From Candidatus Marinacidobacterales bacterium (GTDB lineage: Bacteria > Acidobacteriota > Vicinamibacteria > Marinacidobacterales > DATDRI01), in assembly GCA_965226495.1 (NCBI GenBank), contig OZ245365.1:4096001-4160000 (forward strand): a DNA stretch of 64,000 nt, given 5' to 3'. The position numbers were made by a program, and so were the translations under genes. Shown here one piece after another: positions 28,498 through 38,620 of the stretch. Each line of letters opens with the position of its first letter. Positions within the stretch are counted from its first letter, which is position 1. The notes beneath the pieces are model-generated. The model made no database searches, had not been told where the DNA came from, and saw only the letters and a list, made by a program, of their open reading frames with translations.

Positions 28498-30770
28498 AAC
28501 CGCCATCCGCCCCTGAACCCAGGGAGGCCGGCCTCCTCGTCGCAGCCGCGGCTCTTTTTTGTTTGAGCGGTATCGCGGCGCTCGTATACCAAGTCACCTG
28601 GCAGCGCATTCTGGCGCTGCACAGCGGGATGGGCATCTATTCGGTGGCGATGATCATCGCTTCGTTCATGGCCGGCCTCGGTATCGGAAGCCACCTGGGT
28701 GGAGTCGTAAGCACTCGAAAGAGCCCTCGGACCGCGCTTCGGATCTTCGCGACCTTGGAGATTGCGGTCGCTGGCTTCGGTGCCATCAGCTGTTCACTGT
28801 TCTACGACGTCTTGTATCTCGAGGCGCCCTGGCTCTACACGACCTCCTGGCGGGTGGGTCTCTTTCATTTCTTGGCCCTTTTGCCTCCGACATGTCTTAT
28901 GGGAATGTCTCTCCCTTTCCTCGTGCAAGCCATGGTGCGGAACGTGAGCACCGCAGGGCGAACCATCGGCTACCTTTACGGAGTCAACGTGGTCGGCGCG
29001 AGCATCGGCGCTTTCATCACCCCTTGGATCCTGATCCGTTTTCTCGGAGTCCGGGAAGCGGTGATGGTGGCGGTGGGATTGAACCTTCTTGCTGGAATAG
29101 GGGCGCTCGTCATCGCATCGATGGTGCCGACGCGACCCACCCGAAAAGAGGTCGCTCGGGCTCCGCGGGATGACTCGGAAACAACTCTCGGGCCCCCATT
29201 CTCCACTTGGCTGCTCTTGTACGCGCTAAGCGGCTTCTGTGCGCTCTCGCTCGAGATCCTTTGGTTTCGCTTGGTCGACGTCGGTGTCCGTGGGACGGCG
29301 TTCGCCTTTGGAACGGTGCTCTCGATCTATTTGTTCGGACTGGCTGCCGGAAGTCTGCTCGGCGCTCAATTCAACGACCGGTTGAAACGCCCCTTGCGCA
29401 CATTCTTGATGTGTCAGTGCGCCATCCTTTTCTACTCGGGCGTCGTCTTACTCCTGCTGGCGGTGTTACCCACCGACCTGCCTGGCTACGCGTGGTTCTT
29501 CGAAATCTGGACGAAAGACCGTGTGGTCGTATTGGGACGAACACAGGACCTAGGTCGCTTGATTCGATTGTACTTGGTGCTCCCCTTGGCTACTTACGGC
29601 GTTCCGACTCTTCTGATGGGATTCTCGTTCACCGTCTTACAACGCGCCGTTCAGGACGATCCGCAGACGAGTGGTCGCAAGGTGGGGTTTCTTCAGGCCG
29701 CCAATATCGCCGGCAACGTCGTGGGAAGTCTCGCCGTCGGCCTGCTGGCGCTCAACGTCTTCGGGACGACCGGTTCGATGCGCGCCCTAGTGTTCGGCGG
29801 CATCGTGTTCGCTCTCGTCGGAATTCGTCAGTACGGGCTTCGAAGCGCTTTTGGCCTTGCAGCAGCAGCATTGCTCGCTCTGGGGGTTGTCATACCTGGG
29901 CAACAGGACTTGTGGAACCGACTACATGGCTTGGTGGGAGACGTAGCTTTGATTGAAGAGGACGCGTCGAGCGTCGTGATCGTGAAACCGGAAGATTCTG
30001 GGTGGCGCGTCGTCGTCAACGGGGTCTACCACAGTTGGCTACCCTACGGCGGCATTCACAGCTTGTTGGGAGCGCTGCCCGCCGTGATGCATCCCAGCCC
30101 CCGGGATGTGGTGGTCATCGGGCTCGGCTCCGGCGATACCGCGTGGGCTGCGGCCAGCCGCGTGGAGACACAAGAGCTTCGAGTCTACGAAATCGCTCGC
30201 CCTCAACTGACTCTTCTGACCAAGTTTGCAGAGTTACACGGTGAGCGCAAGGTCGTTGGTTTCCTCGAAGATCCGCGATTGGAAGTGACCATCACGGACG
30301 GACGAAACGCTCTTTTGACCTCTGACAAGCTCTACGATCTCATCGTGGTCGACGCCCTGCGACCGGTCAGCGCCTACAGCGGCAACCTCCACTCGCTCGA
30401 GTTCCTGGAACGCTGCGCGCTCAAGCTCAAACCGGGTGGATTGATGAGTATCTGGGCCCCCACGACTCGCGGTCGGGCGTCGTTCGCTCGGGCCTTCGCG
30501 CACACCGTCATCTTCGACGGCCCGCGGGTCTTGGTGGGAAGCAACCACCCGATTCAGCTGGATCCGATCGCCTGGAGGGACCACGCGCTCTCGTCGTTTA
30601 CCCGTTCGTACCTGGGTCCATCGGTCGTGCAAGAAGTCGTGACTGCCTTGAAGAGCCCCAACCCAACCCTGAAGGAACGGGGTTCCCCCGGTTCCCCCGA
30701 CGTTGAAGAAGAGCTCAACCGCGATTTGTTTCCACGTGACGAGTTTCTCACCCCCTTCACGTCACGTTAA
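28494..30770 (+). CDS. Fused MFS-like membrane domain / spermidine synthase-like protein
   Basis: Two repeated SG..AL..EI.W membrane halves; IGLGSGDT, DGRN and YDLIVVD motifs. Confidence 0.85.
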   Translation: MKPPSAPEPREAGLLVAAAALFCLSGIAALVYQVTWQRILALHSGMGIYSVAMIIASFMAGLGIGSHLGGVVSTRKSPRTALRIFATLEIAVAGFGAISCSLFYDVLYLEAPWLYTTSWRVGLFHFLALLPPTCLMGMSLPFLVQAMVRNVSTAGRTIGYLYGVNVVGASIGAFITPWILIRFLGVREAVMVAVGLNLLAGIGALVIASMVPTRPTRKEVARAPRDDSETTLGPPFSTWLLLYALSGFCALSLEILWFRLVDVGVRGTAFAFGTVLSIYLFGLAAGSLLGAQFNDRLKRPLRTFLMCQCAILFYSGVVLLLLAVLPTDLPGYAWFFEIWTKDRVVVLGRTQDLGRLIRLYLVLPLATYGVPTLLMGFSFTVLQRAVQDDPQTSGRKVGFLQAANIAGNVVGSLAVGLLALNVFGTTGSMRALVFGGIVFALVGIRQYGLRSAFGLAAAALLALGVVIPGQQDLWNRLHGLVGDVALIEEDASSVVIVKPEDSGWRVVVNGVYHSWLPYGGIHSLLGALPAVMHPSPRDVVVIGLGSGDTAWAAASRVETQELRVYEIARPQLTLLTKFAELHGERKVVGFLEDPRLEVTITDGRNALLTSDKLYDLIVVDALRPVSAYSGNLHSLEFLERCALKLKPGGLMSIWAPTTRGRASFARAFAHTVIFDGPRVLVGSNHPIQLDPIAWRDHALSSFTRSYLGPSVVQEVVTALKSPNPTLKERGSPGSPDVEEELNRDLFPRDEFLTPFTSR

Positions 30771-30841
30771 ATCCGGTCGTCTTCGCCCCACTTGTGTAGC
30801 CGGGCCAGGTTCACTATTCTTCCGCGCGGGAGGACTCGACT

Positions 30842-32200
30842 TTGCAACGACAAACGCTCTTACGGACCGCGGTCGTCATAGCGGTATTGATCGGTTTTGG
30901 TAGCTTGGGGAACTCACAAGATATTGAAGACGCGGTTCGCGCCGAGCTCGACTCGCTCATCGACGTGTACAAACACCTCCATTCTCATCCCGAGCTTTCC
31001 TACCACGAGAAGGAGACGGCGGCGTATCTGGCTCAGTACCTCCGTGAATTGGGTTTCGAGGTTACCGAGGGGATCGGCCGCTATCCTGACCCGGCGCGCG
31101 TTTCCTACGGCCTGGCGGCAGTCATGAAGAACGGAAACGGACCGACGGTTATGGTGCGAACCGATCTCGATGGGCTTCCGGTAGAAGAGAAAACGGGGCT
31201 GCCCTATGCCAGCGAATCAAGAACGACCGACGATGCGGGAGCCGACGTCGGCGTCATGCATGCTTGTGGGCACGATGTGCACATGACTTCCTTTCTTGGA
31301 ACGGCCAAGCTTCTGAGCCGGCTCAAGAGCGAATGGTCGGGGACTCTGGTGATGATCGGCCAACCCGCCGAGGAACGAGGGGCTGGAGCCAAGGCGATGC
31401 TTGAGGATGGTCTTTACGAACGCTTTCCGCGGCCTGATTTCGCAATAGCGCTTCACAGCAACGCGTCGCTACCGGCCGGCGACATCGGTTACTGCTCGGG
31501 GTACGCACTCGCCAACGTGGACTCGGTGGACATTACGGTTCGCGGCGCGGGCGGACATGGCGCCTACCCGCACACCACCAAGGATCCGATCGTCATCGCG
31601 GCGCGCATCGTCGTCGCCTTGCAGACCATCGTCAGCCGCGAGGTGTCGCCTCTGGACTCGGCGGTCGTGACGGTGGGCTCGATTCACGGCGGCAGCAAGC
31701 ACAACATCATCCCCGACCAGGTACATTTGCAGCTCACGGTTCGCTCCTACAAACCGGAGTTGCGAAAACGAGTGCTCGCGTCCATTCGAAGGATTGCCAA
31801 TGGCGTCGCTGCATCGGCCGGCGTTCCGGAGCACCTGGCGCCCATCGTCAATATTGACGAGAGCGAGTACACCCCTACGACCTACAACGACCCTGAGCTT
31901 ACCGCCCGGCTCGTCGCAACGTTCGAGCGGGTGCTGGATTCGGAACACGTCGTCGAAATGGATCCGGTGATGGGTGGTGAGGATTTTTCTCGATATGCCT
32001 TGAAGGACCGCGAGATTCCCATCAGCATGTTCTGGCTGGGGACCATCCCCCGCGCCGCAGTACAAGAAGCCCTGCGCACGAGCATTCCCCTACCATCGCT
32101 TCACTCGAGTCAATTCGCTCCCTCTCCCTCGCTCACCCTCGCGACCGGGTTGGAGGCGATGACCGCCGCGGTGCTCGAGCTGATGCGTGGGAATGACTAG
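30842..32200 (+). CDS. M20 family amidohydrolase (HipO/AbgB-like), exported
   Basis: HPELSYHE, MHACGHDVH, QPAEE, GGHGAYPH and GGEDF motifs. Confidence 0.9.
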   Translation: MQRQTLLRTAVVIAVLIGFGSLGNSQDIEDAVRAELDSLIDVYKHLHSHPELSYHEKETAAYLAQYLRELGFEVTEGIGRYPDPARVSYGLAAVMKNGNGPTVMVRTDLDGLPVEEKTGLPYASESRTTDDAGADVGVMHACGHDVHMTSFLGTAKLLSRLKSEWSGTLVMIGQPAEERGAGAKAMLEDGLYERFPRPDFAIALHSNASLPAGDIGYCSGYALANVDSVDITVRGAGGHGAYPHTTKDPIVIAARIVVALQTIVSREVSPLDSAVVTVGSIHGGSKHNIIPDQVHLQLTVRSYKPELRKRVLASIRRIANGVAASAGVPEHLAPIVNIDESEYTPTTYNDPELTARLVATFERVLDSEHVVEMDPVMGGEDFSRYALKDREIPISMFWLGTIPRAAVQEALRTSIPLPSLHSSQFAPSPSLTLATGLEAMTAAVLELMRGND

Positions 32201-32230
32201 GGCTATAATCTCCGTCATGGGAACTGAATA

Positions 32231-33979
32231 GTGAATTTTTCGCGTGGGCTAGTAGTGCTAGTCTTGGCGGGCCTCGCTCTTCCCTCTCGCCTCGATTCGG
32301 ACGCCATCGTGGTGACGAAAGCCATGACCGCCTCCACCATCGCCGAGATCTACATAGAGGAAGATGCGATCCGAGTGGAGCTAGAGATCGGGCTCCCCGA
32401 CCTCGAGGGATTCCGTGACCTCCTACCCGACGCGATCTACGAGAAGCTCGGCCACGATCCGCAACCCCTCGCCAAGCGGGTGCCGCGCTTTTTCCGAGAG
32501 GATCTCGCTTTCAAAACGGACGGCGGCCCCCCACTTGTGGGAAGGGTCGAAGCCATGGAGGGGCGGCGGCGCGTTCTACGAGACGAGGTGACGGGTCAGC
32601 CGCTGCCGGTGGCGGACGACGAAGGTGAGCCAGTCGTCTTCGCCACTCTGACCTACCCGTTCCATGGAAAACCGAAAGTACTTACCCTTCAACCACCCCG
32701 CGATGAGCTCGGAAACGCCAACGCCAACATCGGATTCATCGTTTTTCACCGTGGTCTACCGGTCAACGACTTTCGGTATCTCGGCGCCGTGGAGACCCTG
32801 CGCCTCAATTGGGCGGACCCTTGGTACTCCCAGTTCGATAACCGTAACTTGCGCCGGCAGTTCGATGCTCCGTTCTCCGCCTTCCTTTACGTGGAACCGT
32901 ACGAAGTCCGCAAGGAGATCGTCCTTCGGCCCAAAGATCTGCAAGGCTGGGTGGATCTCGACCTCGAGGGCAAGACGGTCTTGACGGTCGACGAACAGGA
33001 AGCGGTGAAGAAAAGAGTCGTCGAGTTTCTCGCCGCGCGAACCCCGGTTACCATCGATGGCAAGGGGGTAGAAGGCATTCTCGACCGAGTTCACTTCATA
33101 TACCGTAACTTGAGAACCAGCGGCGTCATCGACCCGCCCCGTGACCTCGACTTGATATCGGCGACTCTGGGAGTGATCTTCTACTACCCGACCAACGGGC
33201 TCCCAAAGGAAGTCACTCTGGAATGGGAGCTCTTCGACGATCGAATCGTGAAGGTTCCTGCCTCGGCGACCGACGAAGCCGGTGCGCTGCCCTACTTTCT
33301 CTTTCCCGACGACCCTGTCCTGAAGTGGCAGAACTTCCTCAAGAACCCGACAATCCCCGGTTTGGTGGAAGTCCAAGCGCCACCGACGCTCGGTCGGCTC
33401 TGGTTCGTTCTACTGGCGCTCTTGAGTGTCGCCGGCTTGCTCTTTCTTGCCGCGCGGTATCGCAAGACCGCGGCTCGCAGAGACTTGCTTTCGTGGAAGC
33501 CGTTACTAGGGGCGGCCGCCTTGGTGGGACTCGCTATCTTCGCCATACCACAAGCGGTGAGCCCGTCCTATGTCTCGGATGGTGATGCGGCCACGATCGT
33601 GACCGGCCTCCTCGAGAACATCTACCGCTCGTTCGACTACCGGGACGAGAGCGTGATTTACGACAGCTTGGAACGGAGCGCCACCGGCGAGCTGCTGACC
33701 GACATCTATCTGGAGACTCGTCGTAGCCTGGAGCTCGAGAACCAAGGCGGCGCGCGTGCGAAGGTCAAGGAAATCGAGATGCTGGAGTCTAGCCAAGAAC
33801 CGTTGCCCGGAGAAGTAGGCTTCATCGCTCGGAGCACGTGGAACGTCTCCGGCTCCGTGGGGCATTGGGGGCACATTCACCAACGACGGAACCGGTATGA
33901 AGCTCGTCTCGTGGTGAAGGCGGTGGACGGAGCCTGGAAGATCACCGACCTAGAGCTCCTGCAAGAGGAGAGACTGTAG
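32231..33979 (+). CDS. Hypothetical exported/membrane protein with duplicated beta domain and GHWGHIH motif
   Basis: Signal peptide, two TM helices near the C-terminus; first gene of the ABC cluster. Confidence 0.75.
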   Translation: MNFSRGLVVLVLAGLALPSRLDSDAIVVTKAMTASTIAEIYIEEDAIRVELEIGLPDLEGFRDLLPDAIYEKLGHDPQPLAKRVPRFFREDLAFKTDGGPPLVGRVEAMEGRRRVLRDEVTGQPLPVADDEGEPVVFATLTYPFHGKPKVLTLQPPRDELGNANANIGFIVFHRGLPVNDFRYLGAVETLRLNWADPWYSQFDNRNLRRQFDAPFSAFLYVEPYEVRKEIVLRPKDLQGWVDLDLEGKTVLTVDEQEAVKKRVVEFLAARTPVTIDGKGVEGILDRVHFIYRNLRTSGVIDPPRDLDLISATLGVIFYYPTNGLPKEVTLEWELFDDRIVKVPASATDEAGALPYFLFPDDPVLKWQNFLKNPTIPGLVEVQAPPTLGRLWFVLLALLSVAGLLFLAARYRKTAARRDLLSWKPLLGAAALVGLAIFAIPQAVSPSYVSDGDAATIVTGLLENIYRSFDYRDESVIYDSLERSATGELLTDIYLETRRSLELENQGGARAKVKEIEMLESSQEPLPGEVGFIARSTWNVSGSVGHWGHIHQRRNRYEARLVVKAVDGAWKITDLELLQEERL

Positions 33980-33991
33980 TCGTCTTCGGAT

Positions 33992-34699
33992 ATGACACAG
34001 CATGGCGCACCGGTCATCCGGGTTACCGATCTCCAGTTCCGCTACGGCGAAGGGGATTTCCGGCTCCAGGTCCCAACTCTAGAGCTCAATGAAGGATCTA
34101 GCACGGCTTTCATCGGTCCGAGCGGCTCCGGCAAGACGACATTACTGCACCTCCTGGCGGGCATCGTGCTTCCCGGAGCCGGCCGCATCGAATCGAACGG
34201 GGTCGAGGTCACCAATCTCTCGGACGCCGAACGACGCGATTTCCGCGTCCGCCATGTCGGCTTGGTCTTCCAAGAATTCGAGCTCCTCGAGTATTTGAGC
34301 GTCCTGGACAACATTCTCCTTCCGTACCGAATTAACGCCTCGCTTCGGCTGGGGGCCTCGGTTCGCGAGCGAGCGGAGAAGCTAGCGGAAGACGTCGGCA
34401 TTCGTGACAAACTGCAGCGCTACCCTCGGCAATTGAGTCAGGGAGAACGGCAGCGGGTGGCCGTCTGTCGCGCGGTACTGCCCGAGCCGGTGCTGCTCTT
34501 CGCGGATGAGCCGACTGGCAATTTGGATCCGGTCAATACGACGCGGGTGTTGGACAGCCTGTTCGGCTTCGCGGAAACCAGTGGCTCCACCCTGGTCACC
34601 GTAACTCATGATCACGAGTTACTTCCGCGATTCGAGCGCGTGGTGGATTTCAAGGAGTTCCACGTCACCGGGGGTACCGCGGAGGGCCGCACCCCATGA
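33992..34699 (+). CDS. ABC ATPase (LolD/MacB-like)
   Basis: GPSGSGKTT, LSQGERQR, ADEPTGNLD and VTHD motifs. Confidence 0.92.
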   Translation: MTQHGAPVIRVTDLQFRYGEGDFRLQVPTLELNEGSSTAFIGPSGSGKTTLLHLLAGIVLPGAGRIESNGVEVTNLSDAERRDFRVRHVGLVFQEFELLEYLSVLDNILLPYRINASLRLGASVRERAEKLAEDVGIRDKLQRYPRQLSQGERQRVAVCRAVLPEPVLLFADEPTGNLDPVNTTRVLDSLFGFAETSGSTLVTVTHDHELLPRFERVVDFKEFHVTGGTAEGRTP

Positions 34700-35880
34700 T
34701 GCAAACCCTATACTTGGCTTGGCGCTACCTCGCTTTCCACAAGCTCAAGACGGCCATCCTGGTGACCTCCATCACTCTGATCTTGTATGTACCGGTCGGG
34801 CTGCGCGTGCTGGTCGAGCAAAGCTCGCTGGAATTGACGGCACGAGCCGTTGCCACGCCGCTGGTGGTCGGAGCCAAAGGTAGTCCTTTGGAGCTAGTGC
34901 TCAACACGCTCTACTTCCGTTCCGAGATCCCAGAACCCACGAATTACGGGGAGGCGGCGCGGGTCAAGGATTCCGGCCTTGCGCAAAGCATCCCCTTGTA
35001 TGCGCGGTTCGAATCGCGGGGCCATCCCATCGTGGGCACCACTCTGGACTATTTCTCGGCTCGAGGTCTTCGCGTCGAATCAGGGCGCCTCCTCGCGATC
35101 CTGGGAGAGTGTGTCGTCGGCTCGCGGGCCGCTCGGACTCTCGGAGTGGGGCCTGGCGATCATGTGATCTCTTCCCCGGAGAGTGTTTTCGATCTTGCGG
35201 GCATCTATCCGCTCAAGATGCCGGTGGTCGGTGTGCTGGCTTTTTCAGATACCCCGGACGACGATGCTATCTTCGTCGACATCAAGACGACGTGGATCAT
35301 CGAGGGCATCGGCCACGGACACCAGGACTTGGCGAAGCGCGAGGCGGCGCGGGCTGTCCTTTCCCGAGAGGGAAACCAAATCGTGGCCAACGCATCGGTA
35401 GTGCAGTACAACGAGATAACCGCCGACAACATCGACTCCTTCCACTTCCACGGCGACCTCTCCGGCTATCCACTGACCGCGATCATGGCGGTGCCGACCG
35501 ACCAGAAGTCTTCCGCGCTGATGCAGGGCCGCTACCAAGGGGCGGACGAGTTAGTTCAGATCGTGCGTCCGGCTGCGGTCATGGATGAGCTCTTGGGCAC
35601 GATTCTCACCGTGCAAAACTTCGTCGTCGCGGGTGCGGTGATCGTTGGGTTGGCCACGCTTGCTTCGGCGGCCTTGGTTTTCATGTTGTCTCTGCGATTG
35701 AGGCGGCGCGAGATCGAGACTCTCTTCAAGATCGGGGGTTCACGGCTAAGTGTCGGCGCGGTCATGGCTTCCGAGATTGTCGTCGTTCTTCTTACTGGAA
35801 TCCTACTCGCCGGCGGGCTGACTCTACTGACGAGCCAGTTCGGCTCGGCAGCGATTCGAGCCGTCATCCGAATGTCATAG
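34696..35880 (+). CDS. MacB/FtsX-type ABC permease with His-containing periplasmic domain
   Basis: TM1, large periplasmic loop, then RRREIETLFKIGG and terminal TMs; GHGH and FHFH motifs. Confidence 0.82.
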   Translation: MMQTLYLAWRYLAFHKLKTAILVTSITLILYVPVGLRVLVEQSSLELTARAVATPLVVGAKGSPLELVLNTLYFRSEIPEPTNYGEAARVKDSGLAQSIPLYARFESRGHPIVGTTLDYFSARGLRVESGRLLAILGECVVGSRAARTLGVGPGDHVISSPESVFDLAGIYPLKMPVVGVLAFSDTPDDDAIFVDIKTTWIIEGIGHGHQDLAKREAARAVLSREGNQIVANASVVQYNEITADNIDSFHFHGDLSGYPLTAIMAVPTDQKSSALMQGRYQGADELVQIVRPAAVMDELLGTILTVQNFVVAGAVIVGLATLASAALVFMLSLRLRRREIETLFKIGGSRLSVGAVMASEIVVVLLTGILLAGGLTLLTSQFGSAAIRAVIRMS

Positions 35881-35897
35881 GGAGGCACTGAGCACTG

Positions 35898-36848
35898 ATG
35901 CGAATTGGCCTACTAAGTATTGGAAGCGGGGTCTTTGGAATGGCGTTGCTTGCGTTGGCCTGTTCTGGCTCGAGGCCCGACGAAACGACGGGGGCCGCGA
36001 CTGCAAGCCCTCGCGACGCAAAGCTCTTGGTCTACGCGGTCAACTACCCCCTTCAGTATTTCGCGGAGCGCATCGGGGGCGACTTGGTTCGCGTAGAGTT
36101 TCCGGCTCCCGCGGACGGTGATCCCGCGCTTTGGTCTCCCAATCCGGCGACCGTCGCCGCCTATCAAGAGGCGGACGTCATCCTTCTCAATGGTGCAGGC
36201 TATGCGCAGTGGACGGATCGGGTGACGTTGCCACCGACCGCACTCGTGAACACGTCGGAGCGCTTCGGGGACGACTACATCTATATCGAAAACGCGGTGA
36301 CCCACAGTCACGGCCCGGAGGCCGAGCACAGCCACGGCCAAACGGCCTTTACCACCTGGCTCGATCCGACGCTGGCTATCCGCCAGGCGGACGCCATTCG
36401 CACGGCCTTCGTCTCCGCGCGACCCGAGCACGAGGCGGCGTTTCAAGAGGGTTTCGCGTCCCTCGAGCGCGACCTCGTCGAGCTCGACGAGTCGCTTCAA
36501 GACATCTTTTCAGGAAACGAGCAACCGTTACTGGCCTCCCATCCCGTCTACCAGTACTTGTCCCGGCGTTATGCGATCGATCTGCGTAGCGTCCACTTCG
36601 AGCCCGACGAGTATCCGGACGAAAAAAGCTGGCGGGGGCTGAAAGAATTGTTGGCCGAGCACCCGGCGAAAAGGATGCTTTGGGAGGGGCAGCCGCTCGA
36701 GAAAACACGAAAAACGCTTCAGGAACTTGGCGTCGAGACCCTGGTTTACGATCCGTGCGGCAACAAGCCCGAAGAAGGCGACTTCCTAGAGGTAATGCGG
36801 AGAAACGTTGATCAGCTTCGCGAAATTCTCACCCTCGAGAGCGCATGA
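35898..36848 (+). CDS. ZnuA-like (cluster A-I) metal-binding lipoprotein
   Basis: Lipobox LALAC, His loop HSHGPEAEHSHG, WLDP and SHPVYQY motifs. Confidence 0.85.
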   Translation: MRIGLLSIGSGVFGMALLALACSGSRPDETTGAATASPRDAKLLVYAVNYPLQYFAERIGGDLVRVEFPAPADGDPALWSPNPATVAAYQEADVILLNGAGYAQWTDRVTLPPTALVNTSERFGDDYIYIENAVTHSHGPEAEHSHGQTAFTTWLDPTLAIRQADAIRTAFVSARPEHEAAFQEGFASLERDLVELDESLQDIFSGNEQPLLASHPVYQYLSRRYAIDLRSVHFEPDEYPDEKSWRGLKELLAEHPAKRMLWEGQPLEKTRKTLQELGVETLVYDPCGNKPEEGDFLEVMRRNVDQLREILTLESA

Positions 36849-37461
36849 CCGCTAGACCTTTATAGAGATACGAGCCAATCCGCGGCCCACACATGTAGAC
36901 GTTTTCCATACGCTCCAGCTCGAAACCAGACTCTTGAATGATAGAGTCTATCTTACGGTTGAGACGGCATCCGCCGGCATACAACCGGTGAAACGGCGTG
37001 AGACGGTCTTGCCAACGTGCCACATCCGGATCGCCGGAGAGGCCATGCTCCACGAAGTGGAAACCTCCTCCAGGTTTCAACACCCGCCCAATCTGCCGAA
37101 GCGCCTGGCCCGGCTCCGGGATAGTGCAGAGAGTCCAGGTGCAGACAACGGCATCCACGGAATCCTCGGCGAGGGGAATACTCTCCCCTTCGAGGTCCAC
37201 GAACTCGACGAACTCAACTGGGAACGAGCAATCCGCCAACCTCCCCACGGCCAGCTTCCGTCCCAGCTTCGCCGGATCCAGCGCATAGAGTTTCTTCACA
37301 TCCGGAGGGTAATACGGCAAGTTGAGACCGGAACCGAATCCAATCTCGAGCACATCGCCGCGCACACCTTCCACGCAATCTCGTCGATGAGGGACGAACT
37401 CGTCTCCAGCCATGAACCGGTCGACGATGCGGGGAAGGATCCGTTCCCGGTAGAAACCCAT
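36829..37461 (-). CDS. Class I SAM-dependent methyltransferase
   Basis: VLEIGFGSGLN, WTLCTI and LKPGG..FVEHG motifs. Confidence 0.9.
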   Translation of the reverse strand: MGFYRERILPRIVDRFMAGDEFVPHRRDCVEGVRGDVLEIGFGSGLNLPYYPPDVKKLYALDPAKLGRKLAVGRLADCSFPVEFVEFVDLEGESIPLAEDSVDAVVCTWTLCTIPEPGQALRQIGRVLKPGGGFHFVEHGLSGDPDVARWQDRLTPFHRLYAGGCRLNRKIDSIIQESGFELERMENVYMCGPRIGSYLYKGLAVMRSRG

Positions 37462-37464
37462 TTT

Positions 37465-37796
37465 CTAGTGCCTCAATGCGCGCTCAGTCATCGATGAATG
37501 GCGCGGGGCCCCACCCCCACGCCTCAGTGCTTCGTCGGCTGCGCGACTACGCATGGGCTCATGGCTGCGTTCGCGCGCTTGGCGCCTCGCTCGTCGCTCG
37601 GTTAACTGTTGTCGGGCCGCCGCCTGGCCACGTCGAGTTTTAGCAACCACATAGTTTGGCGGCCCTCACACGGGCTCGCGCCTTCATCAGTGCGGCGGGG
37701 CCCCACCCCCACCGCCGTCCCTTCGCCGGCAAGCGGCTTCGGGACAAGCTGATGGCTCTTCGTGCAGGTGCCGTGCATTCTTGAGCACCCTGCTAG
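37465..37796 (-). mobile_element. Non-autonomous intergenic repeat element, copy 2 (about 93 bp longer)
   Basis: Reverse-complement homolog of 14582-14820 with CTAG at both ends; hairpins at 37500-37523 and 37692-37715. Confidence 0.7.
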
Positions 37797-38578
37797 TCCG
37801 CCAACTGGCTGAACCCCTCGAGCGACCACTGAGCCGCCATCTCGGCTCTCATCGGGTGGTCCGTGAGATCGAGGTGCAGCGGAGTCACCGAGACCAGACG
37901 ATCCCGAAGCACGGCATTACAGTCGCTCCCTGGTATGTCCTCGTGCTCGTACTCGCTGCCGCCAATCCAGTAGTACTTTCGCCCACGCGGATCCACTTTC
38001 TCGACGACGTCGAACCCGTAGGTGTGCTTTCCCAGCTTGGTCACCACGTAACTTTCCGGATCCACCCCGGATGGAATGTTCACGTTCAGCAACATGTTGG
38101 GTGGAAGAGGCCGAGCCAGGGCGGCGGTCGCCAAGGAATGGGCAAAACGCGCCGCAGGTGCGAAATCGAACTCGTCACGGCTGACCAAACTGAAGGCGAT
38201 CGCCGGAACACCGAAGAGAGAAGCCTCCATGCCGGCCGCCACCGTTCCCGAGTACGTCACATCATCCGCCAAGTTAGGCCCGTGGTTGACGCCGGAAACC
38301 ATGAGCTGGGGACGGCGGTCCTTGAGGATGTGGTTGATGGCCAGATACGAACAATCGGTGGGGGTACCGTCGACCGCCAGCCAGCGCGGTCGGACCTCGC
38401 GAATGCGAAGCGGTCGATGTAGAGAGATGGCGTGCGAGGACGCACTTTGCTGGGATTCCGGAGCGACGACCCATACCTCGCCGAGCGGCTCCATGGCGCT
38501 CGCGAGAGCCTCCAAGCCCTCGGCCAGATATCCATCGTCGTTGGAGATCAGAATTCGAGGCCGTTTAGTGGATTCCAT
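37793..38578 (-). CDS. surE: 5'/3'-nucleotidase SurE
   Basis: ILISNDDG, GTPTDC and SGVNHGPNLADDVTYSGTV motifs. Confidence 0.95.
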   Translation of the reverse strand: MESTKRPRILISNDDGYLAEGLEALASAMEPLGEVWVVAPESQQSASSHAISLHRPLRIREVRPRWLAVDGTPTDCSYLAINHILKDRRPQLMVSGVNHGPNLADDVTYSGTVAAGMEASLFGVPAIAFSLVSRDEFDFAPAARFAHSLATAALARPLPPNMLLNVNIPSGVDPESYVVTKLGKHTYGFDVVEKVDPRGRKYYWIGGSEYEHEDIPGSDCNAVLRDRLVSVTPLHLDLTDHPMRAEMAAQWSLEGFSQLAD

Positions 38579-38620
38579 CAGGCGATCATTGTACTCCGGA
38601 CCATGGTATCTTCGGCGAGC

